This document shows, piece by piece, positions 10,976 through 22,149 of a DNA stretch of 64,000 nt (position 1 is its first letter; every line of letters starts with the position of its first letter). Location: assembly GCA_053919585.1 (NCBI GenBank), contig CM132787.1. One strand, 5' to 3'. A program made the translations under genes and the position numbers. Below the pieces are notes generated by a model. It had not been told where the DNA came from. It saw only the letters and a program-made list of their open reading frames with translations, and ran no database searches. The stretch comes from Euprymna scolopes. Lineage: Eukaryota.

Positions 10976-12460
10976 ATATATATATATATTACTTCCGACC
11001 AAGGCTGACCTCTTAATCCTTAGGTAAAAGAGCGGCATATCTTTTTATTCTCTTTATCTCGACCGAAAACTCTCCTTTACTTTCGACTGGGGCTGACCCC
11101 TTAATCCTCAGGTAAAAAAGTGGCTTATCTTTAAAATTTTTATATTTATATTTTTATTACTTGTCTGATTTTTGATGGTTACCGCAAAAAGTTTGAGGGC
11201 GACGGTGTTGCTACACTGTCTCCCCCCTTCCCCAACCACCCATTTTTGCATCCCCCCCAACCGCCCCTTTTTGCGTTAATGCCCCCCCAACCGCCCCTTT
11301 TTGAGTTACTGCCCCCCCCCCCATATCTAAGCACCGCCCCCAGGGGGGCGGTACCGCCCACTTTGGGAAACGATGAGTTAGGACGTGGCAGGCTTGGCCG
11401 AGGCTGCCTGTGAGCAGTTTGGACGTAATTTGTACGTCTCTCACCACTCCTCCCACGTCCAAAGGAAAAGTTAGCTTCAGTGCCCTGTAAAAAGAAGGAT
11501 GAATATAAAGGGGAACCGTACCTTCGCATTTCACTGCTAACTGCTTCAGCGAGGGATAATTCGCTTCTGCCAGTCACACCATTGGGAACGCTACCTTGAT
11601 CATCTTCCACAGCGCCTTGGTTCTCTTCCCCTTGTTGGTCCTGACAAAGGTCGTCATTGCCAGGGCGTCTGCAAAATTCATTTCTTCCCCATGATTGTTG
11701 TGCATTGGTTGAGCCTGACCAGCTGTAACCTCTGGTTGCCTTTGAGGTCTGGAAACGGCTGCTGTGAGTCTGGCTCGCATATTTTCTCCCCTGGTAGGAA
11801 CGGAAGCTTCTTGGTGTGCTCTGTTCTCGCCGGTGGGGGTGGGGGGGTTGGCTTCATGATTGGAGGTGCTTCTTCCACCTGCTCATTTTCGTCCGCTATG
11901 ATGTTCTTGCGGGCCGAAGAGCTGTGTTCGGTATCGGGAGCCAGTTTGGGGAGAGCGTTCCGTTCATCCTGCATAGTGGATGTAGTTGCAGGGGTTTCAG
12001 GAACCTTCCCCTCCGGCTGGACTTCATGGTTAGTGTCCATCCGAGGGGGGCTGCGCGAGCCTTCTCTTGCCTTCCTCTTCTTGGCCTTTCTCTCCCTCTT
12101 GCCTTTGCTGCTCCCTGAGGCAGGTTCGATTACCTCCTCCTCTGATCCGGTCTCTTCCTCCGATTCCTGCAGCTTTCTCTTACTGGCGCCGTTGGGAGGA
12201 GGATTGTCTGTATTTTGTTGAGATTGGATTGTCGCATCGATGGCGAGTGGCCGCTCGAACTCGACTTAGGAGACATTGTGTACAACATGGAGCCGCCATT
12301 AGCTCTTTCTCAGTTAATATATAAAGTTCTAATCTTAGATACAATTCATGACCGGCCGGGCTTTAGTGGGGGCGGTTACAGGGAGTAAATGGTGGGTTAG
12401 TCAAGTATAGCCAACGCCTCGCGTTAGATAAGGCTAAGGCAAAGAAGCGTTTAGAGGATA

Positions 12461-15400
12461 AGAACTAATGACCAGCCGCTCAAATCCAAGCTCTGTAACA
12501 CATTTACAATGTAACAGTATTCTGGTATCAGCTTCGTCGTGGTTACACTTTAAGGAATTGACGTTTGTTCCACGGGCTGATTCTGCAGCCATCCTGTCAT
12601 GGAATCCTCCAGAAGTCACAACATCACGTTCTTTTTGTGTTAATTTTGCTTGACGAATCAGCTCCATACTCAAGAAGTGTTCTAAATCTTTTTTGTTCTC
12701 TGGGAGGTCAATAAACTGTCTCCAGTTAACAGGTAATGGTACGTCCGTGTTATTCACTTTGTGACGTATTGGCCGGCTTTTTCCAATCCGAGAAATTCGA
12801 GCGGTATCCTTGATGGTATGTGCTTCATACCGATCAAATACGACATGGACTCTGGAGCATGATTGACTAAAGTGACTAAAGACTGAGGTCACAAAATGGT
12901 CAGCGAGTTGTCCAAAGTTTTGGATATTTGCAGGTTTTCCAATTGCTTGGACAAGTGCCTGACCATCGATGATCACACAAGTTTTCAGGTTTGTTATTGG
13001 CAGTTGTTTCTCTACAGTTGTTCTTTTCTGGAGAATGTTGCCCAAAGCTGCTTTGTTTGTCGATCGTATTACCCCAGAAGTATCTGCGAGTGAAAGTGGA
13101 ACTGGTGAAAGTTCATAGCTGAGGATTTCCTTTAGGTCAACCTCCCGTCCAGCTTCCTTAGATACAAGCAAGCGTTGGAAGAGGTTTTGGTCTGCTTTGA
13201 TAGTCTTTTGCTTGAGGGCTGGATCTTTGCACTGGACTTCATACATGGTTTTTAGGGTTGAGCTTTTCGACTGTCGGAGCTTTTCATGGAATCCAACAAC
13301 CTTCTTGATAAGACGTGAAGCCACAAATTCCTGTATTTTCTCTTGTCCTTGTGCGTGTGCTGCCAGATTCTGTAATTTGAAGAGAAGCTACATCTCGAGT
13401 GGCTAGACTAACAACGTTTGGAGTTTGATGTTGAAAGATGCCATAAATCTTCAATTGATCAACAATTTTCTGAACATCTTGCTTGTCCCGTTTTAGTCTT
13501 GAAGGTCCAGCTTCTTTCACATATAAAGAACTATAGTCTTTATCTGCAGTGTGCATGTCCAGCATTAAGTTTGTCTCATGGACAATTCTGGTTCGCTCAT
13601 TAAATGTGAGACACCATTGATCTCTTGCTCCTTCTGATCGTGTTATTCCAACAAGGCCTCCTGCAACTTTACCAACTTTGTTTACATGCTCCAAGGCATG
13701 ATCCGTCGATAGCTGATTGAATGTGTTGTTTGTCGTCTTGACCACAAAGTTTCCATTAATGAACTCATGGTGGACATCAGGGTGGCTTGTTTCTAGGAGC
13801 ATGCAATCAAGGTACACTGCTCCCCAGCGGGTGTAATTGACATGGTCATATTGAGCAAACCAGGGTAACATTTTAGCGAAAGACGATTTATGCAGGCTCC
13901 AGTTTCTGGTTCTCTCAGCACGCAGGAACTGCAGTAAGATGAAAACCATTTTGATGTACGTCAACCAAAATCTGGAAGTTGGTGGCTGTGTCTCTTGAAA
14001 GTCATCCAACAAACTGATGATTCTAGACTGAACATGTTCATCCTCCAGTGCTTTGACGTTGTTGCTGATCACCTCTCGCTGATCGTGTGCCTCCAAAGAT
14101 TCTATGACGTTGACTGATGTTTGGATGGCATATTTGTCTACTTGGTGGTCCTGTGCCCATTCGATGAATGTTGGCCAGAGAATTTTCCATACGGCTTCAA
14201 ATGTGAGCTTGTGTGCTCGAATCGCCTTGTTGTATGATTTGGCTTGCATGCTGTTCTGAGCTGTGTTCTGACCAAAGACGGCACTTTCGGCCCATACTTC
14301 AAGGAGACCAGAGTCTGCAAAGTGCTTTCCAATGACACACATAAAGTTCTTAATAATGTGGAAACCCCCAAGTCGTAAAAATGTTTTTGCATTGATCACT
14401 GTTAGCCCACTGTATTTCCTTGGCTTTGCAATACAGCTGTTGGTCCAAAGTGATGACAGTAGACTGACCAGGATTTATAATGATAGAAATTCTGAGGTAT
14501 CGCATCATAACCGTCCATAGTGTGTTGTCTTCGTGAGCGGGTGAATTGAGTAGTGGCAAATAACCGATTGTGCAGACCTCATGTTTGTCTTGAGTTGTAA
14601 GTTGGTTGAAACCTATCCATTCAGGAACATCACTGTTAGATCCATGGATTCGAGAAAGAAACCAAGCCATATCTTTAGCAGAAGCTTTGTTGCGCACCTG
14701 ATCATCTGGCATAAACATTGAACTTGTTTAGTGACACGTTCGATGGAATAGGCGTGTTTTTATTATCTGCAAACTGTTGCAGATAGTGAACTCCAAGAGT
14801 TGTGTCCAGTCTACGCACATGGTCATAACTGGCACAGTGCCCAGCGTGATGGACAAGTTCAACGAGCGATTTCGACCGGGTCGCCTGATGAATTGCCAGG
14901 CCTAGTCCAACATGTTTTGGTGTAAGCCTTTTACGTTTCGAGACAGCATAGACAAGGTCTTGACTGATGCTCAATGCGGTCCGTTTCACAAAGTCGTCAT
15001 CTTCCTCTCTGTCCACTTTCTCTGACAGCAAAATACCGAGAAAAAGAAACAAGCTCTCTGGAATAATTTGTTTGGCATTTTCTTTGCTGACAGATATGCA
15101 GTTATCAAGTCCAGGGTGAGATTTTATGTCACTTCTAATGCGTAACGCACAGTGATGCAAAGTTAGCATTGCATCTGTCTCTGATTGTGAGAACTGGGTT
15201 TGCTTGAAATCATTCACAAATGTGTTGGTCTCCATTTCCTCAGATTTATTTTTCAATGTCTGAACATCAATCTTGGATGACTGTGTAGAAAACAACAGCT
15301 GTGGTTGATGTGGATTAAGTTGTGGTACAAAGTATATTTGCCCGGGAAGAATTTGGTGCAGTTTCTCTTTAAGGCGGAATCTATTATCCCGGTATGATCC

Positions 15401-17438
15401 AGCTTCAATGCCAAATTCTCTGCGTAAGGAAGAGTACCTATCCCAAACATCATTCAGCGAATAGATATCACCTCGTGCGAATCCAGTTGACACTTCTGAC
15501 GCGACTTTGTTAAAGCATATATCTTTGGGCGTTTCAGCTGTAATTGTATAGGACTTGGATGCTTTTCTATTGAACTCAACGTAACACTGAAGATGATACC
15601 TGGCATCTGCCGCTACAAGATCAGTAACTCCTGCTAGACGACACTGCATAACATGGCTCGTTTGAGCTCTTTCAAGAATTTTGTCAGAAACTTCAAAAGT
15701 TGCAACTAAGTATGTTTCTTTGTTGCTTTTCTTTTGGCAGAAGATGCACAAGTCAGTATTCATAGTGGAAGATTTACTGCGTAATGAAGGTTTTCGTAGT
15801 GGACTCTCAGATGCACTGCTTGAGGTAATGGTGTGTTCATACGTTGTTCTGAGCCGTGTTAGTTTTAAGGAACTTGTGAAGGTAGAATAACAGTGTTTGT
15901 GATTGATGACTTTAATCTCTTTAATGATTTTCTCAAGATTAATGGCTTGAATTCTTTCTATAGTGCGCAAGTTTTCAGAATCATTGTACTTCTTGCGTTC
16001 TGCAGCGGCTATGCGGGCCCTTTGAATTCCAACCTCTCCAAGATTTCTAATAGGTTTGTTTGGGTCTTTCTTCTGACAAAAAAGGCACAGGGTCCAATCA
16101 ATACTTGTACCGGAAGACTTCTGAGAGCCTTGGGTGCTCACACTCGACTCCATATTGAAGCTCAGCTCAACTCAGAACATGCTGTTGGAGAATAAGAACA
16201 AGTAAAAATTATGCAAATTAGCACATTATCATACTCTAAAGCTTAACTAATCAAATGTGTTCATGCTTTATTTTTTTAATATCTATTTGATAAGCTCATA
16301 AACAACATCTACAGCGAATGGCACTATCATCTTTCCCTTTCTCATGGAAAAAAAACGAAGAAAGATAACAAAATGGCAGTATCCGATACACGGACACTAG
16401 TGGGAGCCAACAGATAATAATAATAACTTATTATATATTACATTCATCACATATATAAACTTCTTATACATAGATTAAGTACAAGTGAATAAAATAAAAG
16501 ATTTTAAGAAAATCATTTTTCGCTTTGACAGCCATTTTGTTTTTTTGCAATAATTATCTTCCAAACTAGGCAAAGAACCCCACCAAATTCTTTGGAGAAC
16601 TTAAACAATCATATAGTTGATGCTATAAAAAAGAAGTTTTATGACAATTGAATGAGATGTATTTTCTCTATACTGACCGTAAGCGTCTTACGTCTAAAAG
16701 TTAATTTTTTTTTTTTGGGGGGGGGGTGCTCTTTTTGGTTAAACAAAATATTTTTCTATTCAATATAGAGTTAAAATAATTAAATATTTGGATTATACAG
16801 TCTCTAAATGTTTTACCTACCAAATTTCAGAAATATTGAATTTGTGGAAGTATTTTTTAAAAATTTAGATAACATTGAAATTTTGTGACGTTTCATGGCT
16901 TAAATTTAGTAGCCAAATATGCAAACTTTACACCCCTCCTAAAATCTGAACCATAACGTTTACAACCAAATAATTTGGCAAATCATCTTAATTCTCCAAG
17001 AGGAAATTTTGTGCCAATTTTCAAGTAATTCGGAGTTAGTGGGTGTAATTGCCAGGTGAATTGAGATAGAATGACCCAATGAAGTTCATCAGAAATTTGG
17101 CTAAAAAGTGATAATAAAATCATTTTAAATGTATAAAAATATGGAATTCTTCCTAAACAAAGTTTAATATACATCACAAATAATATTATCTCCAATTGCA
17201 GCAAATTTCATAACATTATCTCAAATAGATATGGAGCTATGTCACATTATAATAGTACTGTATTTTCAACCATGGCGGCCATTTTGTTTTTGCTCTAAAA
17301 AATTATTAAAGGCCTAATTGAATGGGCATCCACCTGAAAAACCTTCAGTATGGACCCCTCTAACAGTCTGACATGAATGCTTGCTCCTAACATTCCGTAC
17401 CCCCTAAAGTGAATTTTCAAGATTTTGCCTCCTGACTA
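12461..17438 (-). mobile_element. Academ family 1, copy B (internal deletion near 14720, no mariner)
   Basis: ORFs 14702-16153, 13284-14399 and 12434-13324; TAGTCAGG terminus at 17438. Confidence 0.75.
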
Positions 17439-18206
17439 CAATATCAAACTGGATAAATGCAGCCTTGCTCTTGTTGGGTATCCTGTTAAACCAGTTAATC
17501 GTATCCTCAGTGTTGACCCATTGGGTAAGGTTAAATTTCTTTTTTATCTGGTTGTTAATTCTTTCGAGGATCCTTTTACTTATTTTTCCGATTTCCGGTT
17601 TGGTGGGGTTAATAAGTCTGGTTTGGGGTTTAGTCTCGAAGTGTTCTTTGTGGTCTTTAAGGAGGAGGTATGCACTTTTTGTTTGGAGCTTGGAGACTCT
17701 ATCGCTCAAGTTTAGGGTGTCTGTAATGGTTTTACTGTCCAAATTTATATCCTTAATCATGTTGATTTTGGATTTTTTATATGTGGCGGTGAGGTTGTTA
17801 TTTAGGAGTTTTATGTATTTCTGTTTGGAGATCTTATAAAAATTTTGAGATTTATCCGCCTTAACATATATTAGTTTGGATGTATTAATATCTTTTTTTT
17901 ATTTTGTCTAAATGTTGTTGGAACTGGTTTTTGTGTTTATGGAAGGATATGTTGTTTATAATGTCCGTAAGATCCGTTTCAAATTTCGCCAATTGCTCTA
18001 TGTGTGGAGCTGTGCTCTTGTTGCTGAATCCATAATATTCGGTGGTATTTACAGAATTTTTGTCCTTAAGAAAGAAGTAGGCCTTCCAGCGCATCTTCCT
18101 AGTAAGTTCCTCCATTCTTCTTATAAGGTTGAGAAGGTAGTCATTTACATTACTGTTTCCATTGGATTTTCACCCCAGGAGATGAGGTAGAGTACCAATT
18201 AAAAGT

Positions 18207-18237
<31 letters not shown>

Positions 18238-19568
18238 CTTCAGACCAAGGCTGACCTCTTAATCCTTAGGTAAAAGAGCGGCATATCTTTTTATTCTCTT
18301 TATCTCGACCGAAAACTCTCCTTTACTTTCGACTGTGGCTGATCCCTTAATCCTCAGGTAAAAAAGTGGCTTATCTTTAAAATTTTTATATTTATATTTT
18401 TATTACTTGTCTGATTTTTGATGGTTACCGCAAAAAGTTTGAGGGTGACGGTGTTGCTACACTGTCTCCCCCCTTCCCCAACCACCCATTTTTGCGTCCC
18501 CCCCAACCGCCTCTTTTTGCGTTAATGCCCCCCCAACCGCCCCTTTTTGAGTTACTGCCCCCCCTGATATCAAAGCACCGCCCCCAGGGGGGCGGTACCG
18601 CCCACTTTGGGAAACGATGAGTTAGGACGTGGCAGGCTTGGCCGAGGCTGCCTGTGAGCAGTTTGGACGTAATTTGTACGTCTCTCACCACTCCTCCCAC
18701 GTCCAAAGGAAAAGTTAGCTTCAGTGCCCTGTAAAAAGAAGGATGAATATAAAGGGGAACCGTACCTTCGCATTTCACTGCTAACTGCTTCAGCGAGGGA
18801 TGATTCGCTTCTGCCAGTCACACCATTGGGAACGCTACCTTAATCATCTTCAACAGCGCCTTGGTTCTCTTCCCCTTGTTGGTCCTGACAAAGGTCGTCA
18901 TTGCCGAGGCGTCTGCAAAATTCATTTCTTCCCCATGATTGTTGTGCATTGGTTGAGCCTGACCAGCTGTGACCTCTGGTTGCCTTTGAGGTCTGGAAAC
19001 GGCTGCTGTGAGTCTGGCTTGCATATTTTCTCCCCTGGTAGGAACGGAAGCTTCTTGGTGTGCTCTGTTCTCGCCGGTGGGGGGGGGCACAGTGGGCCCA
19101 GATGGCCAATGTTTGGAAATAGAGGTGAAGCATCATCACAAATGACTTTTATAAGATTTTTTTCAAAACTTTTGAGGCATATGATCAACTTGGGTTCATT
19201 TTAATTAGATTTTAACTGATATTTGTCTCTGAAAACAGTTCTGGGACCAAATTGACCTATTTTGGCTGTGTCACAAAATGTCGCGAATTTACTGAAATTT
19301 ACTAAATTCAGAGAAATATTTAAATAGGCATTATTTCAGTTTGGATTGAGATAGGAAAGTGGTTGAGAGCTTGTTAGAAGCGTATGGCCAAGGAGAACAT
19401 AATGGAAGCAATTCATGTTGAGCTAATATACCAGTTTATGTATTGGCTTTTATAAAGTAATGAATCTGTCTGAAATTGTGTATTTCTGTTGAAAATTGCA
19501 CAGGTAACAATACAAACATTATGTGTATTATTGAATTTTCTCAAAACCTCACATAAAGATAATATAAA

Positions 19569-19683
19569 TTAATCAAGAAAAATGTCTTCAATAAGGCTTG
19601 CATACCAGTTCTTGGACAAGCCAAACAACCGATTATGTGAACATATGGCACACTGGCCCCAGATCGCCAAACTTTGGAAATAG
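19569..19683 (-). pseudogene. Diverged transposase C-terminus fused to an internal TIR-like end
   Basis: Encodes SHNRLFGLSKNWYASLIEDIFLD versus SHGRLVGLPKRWYASLVEDIFLD; abuts CACACTG-19bp-TGGAAATAG at 19649-19683. Confidence 0.85.
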
Positions 19684-19968
19684 AGATTAGGCGAAGTCTT
19701 ACTTTGATTTTTCTGGCATTTTCTCGTTTTTTTTTTCAGTTTTATACCCAAGTACAGAGTAACTAAAGCATACTTTGACTTAGAGAAAGTGTATAAAAGG
19801 ATACAGGAACCAAAAATGCTTTGATTTTGTCTAAATTCACGAAATTAGGAGAAATTATAAAATTGGAGTAGTTTCGTTGACTCAACCGAGATAATTCAGT
19901 TTGTGTTATGTTTCTCATTCCATACTGGCAGATAAGAATATAAAATAAAACAACAAATAAATCACCAT

Positions 19969-22149
19969 CTAGTCAAGAAAAATGTCTTCAACGAGGCTTG
20001 CATACCATCGCTTCGGTAGACCTACCAACCGACCATGCGACCGAATGGTGTGATCGTCAGCTCCACATTCCGTGCAAAATTTTCTTGCCTGAAAATGAGT
20101 GGTTATGTTCTGGATGATTGGATCTGATCGTTCCAGTAACCTGGCCATTACATCAGTTAATTGGAGCAGTGGGTCAGTTTTCCTCGACAAGAACTGCAAG
20201 TAGTTGCGAATGTCTTTGTTGTTTGACTCTAAGCATTCCTCTGACAGACTTCCCAGTCCATGAGCATCATTTAGACTCATCAATTCTGTTGAATGATGAA
20301 GAGTCCCATGCAAGGTGTGATTCATCATGACCCATGGGAAGTTGTCACACAAATTGTATGAAGTCTGCTCACAAAGTTCTTTGAACTTCATCAGATCGAT
20401 CTTACGTGACGACGACACAACCGATAGAACAGTGGAGAGCTGACGATGAAGGAGAAGCAGGTTTTCTCGGTGTTTTTCCTCAACTAATTTTTCGATTGAA
20501 GCTAGAACTTCCTCTGAAAAGAAGCGACGGCCTTGTGGACCATTGGTTGATGTCCCACCTTTTCCACCAGCAGAGTTGACTCTATCAAGATACAGGCCTG
20601 TCTCTGTGTAGATCGCTTCGAGAACTCGATCCTTCGCTCGACGGACAGGTTCACCACGAACGTCGGACCTCTCAATCCACTGTTGGTAGTCAGCATGGCA
20701 CCGATACAAAACCTTCAGGAACCACGTTGTTCCATTGATGTACGAATGAGTCACAGTGATGCTTGATTGGTCAGATGTTGTGAGTGGCTTCTTGGTTAAT
20801 CCTTGACGAGTCTCAAAATCTCCTTGTTTTGCTTTGACTTTACCATTCTCATCAACTAGTTCATTGTACAGCTCGAGAGAATTCTTTGCTGATCTGTTAA
20901 TGGGAAAGCCCTCTGCAACCTTGGTTCTGTCAGTCCAATCAGCCTGTTTTGTTGTGCATAGGATGCAATCAGCCCCTCCCAACCCTGAAATGTCCCTTTT
21001 GAATTTCAGATCCTTCATTGAATCGTGTACTATGACATTCACATCATATCCTTGACCATCAGCAGTAACAAAAATTCCATCTGAAGCCAACTCTTGGCGT
21101 GCTTTGTCTGTAGTGGGAACGACCATATTAAGAAGATCTTCATCGGTCTCTTTCTCCCTGATCAAGAATAGTGGTCTTAATGTTCTACAGTTGTTTGGCG
21201 AGTGATTCTGCCACAGACAAAAAAAAGAACCGTCCTGGTAACGAGCAAGTAGTTTCAGTGGTGTAATGCCATACTGGAACATATTTTCAGTTGCGTCCAG
21301 CATACTTGTAGAGTTCCACACTACTTGTTGACCAGCACCGTCACATCCATCTTTAAACACCATTTCAAGGACACCATCTCTGCATTTATCTTTTATGATT
21401 TTCTTAGGGATCAAGGATATGATGGACTCGATCGTCATTTTCACTAGGTCCTTGTACTGCACCTGAACTCCACTGTCATCAAGAACTGGGGAGATACTGG
21501 GGCGGAGCTTTTTACGTCCCTCCAACAACTCATTGCTGGTTGGAAAATAGATTCCCTTCGCAGCAAGTATGTGCCTCATCTTTCTCATTTGCTCCCTACT
21601 CAACGTTAATGAATGCATCAATGCAATCGCTTCATTGATCTCAAAGGAATGAATATCGTTCACATTGGACGAAAATATCTCATACCCAACTCGAGCTGTC
21701 TTCTTTTCCGATTGAATATTCACACGATGAATCATATATCCTAGCAACTGAGTGACTGAAAGCTCAGGACATTCCTTTGCAGCGTATTCTTCAATGTAGT
21801 CGAGCAGACCCTGTGTTCTTTCCTTCTGCATTCTCTCCCCTAAGTTGACAAAACTCTTCCTTTGCTTCTTTCCAACTTGTGGACAGTTCCCTTCCATTTC
21901 GATTTCTTCTTTCGATGCTTGAGCAAGGATTTCGGTGTTTGCTAGGCGTTTCTTTTTCAATCGTTTGAAATGGTTCCATGCATTCAAGAAGAAGCCACTG
22001 ATTTCTTTGTTTTCGTGAAAACCATGAGTTTCTCTGAATTGGCGAAAGCATTTGGCATATTCAGGTGGTTTGGTACGGCATAATGCAGCCTGACTAATGA
22101 TGGCTTTGAAGACCTGATATTCTGTGGTGAGAACATTGTTGCCTGCCAT
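19969..22149 (-). CDS. RAG1-like (Transib superfamily) DDE transposase, 726 aa, uninterrupted
   Basis: KDGCDGAG (RAG1 KESCDGMG, D600), MKDLK...CILC (D708 and CxxC), HTLHGTLHH...SEECLESNNK (HKTLAH...SEGNESGNK, E962), WQNHSPNNCRTLRPL, C-terminal CxxCx4Hx4H. Confidence 0.88.
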   Translation of the reverse strand: MAGNNVLTTEYQVFKAIISQAALCRTKPPEYAKCFRQFRETHGFHENKEISGFFLNAWNHFKRLKKKRLANTEILAQASKEEIEMEGNCPQVGKKQRKSFVNLGERMQKERTQGLLDYIEEYAAKECPELSVTQLLGYMIHRVNIQSEKKTARVGYEIFSSNVNDIHSFEINEAIALMHSLTLSREQMRKMRHILAAKGIYFPTSNELLEGRKKLRPSISPVLDDSGVQVQYKDLVKMTIESIISLIPKKIIKDKCRDGVLEMVFKDGCDGAGQQVVWNSTSMLDATENMFQYGITPLKLLARYQDGSFFCLWQNHSPNNCRTLRPLFLIREKETDEDLLNMVVPTTDKARQELASDGIFVTADGQGYDVNVIVHDSMKDLKFKRDISGLGGADCILCTTKQADWTDRTKVAEGFPINRSAKNSLELYNELVDENGKVKAKQGDFETRQGLTKKPLTTSDQSSITVTHSYINGTTWFLKVLYRCHADYQQWIERSDVRGEPVRRAKDRVLEAIYTETGLYLDRVNSAGGKGGTSTNGPQGRRFFSEEVLASIEKLVEEKHRENLLLLHRQLSTVLSVVSSSRKIDLMKFKELCEQTSYNLCDNFPWVMMNHTLHGTLHHSTELMSLNDAHGLGSLSEECLESNNKDIRNYLQFLSRKTDPLLQLTDVMARLLERSDPIIQNITTHFQARKFCTECGADDHTIRSHGRLVGLPKRWYASLVEDIFLD

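Noticed and set aside
19123-19968. RAG2-like gene convergent with the RAG1-like ORF
   Set aside because: Only about 850 AT-rich bp, explained as two 3'UTRs; no suitable plus-strand ORF.
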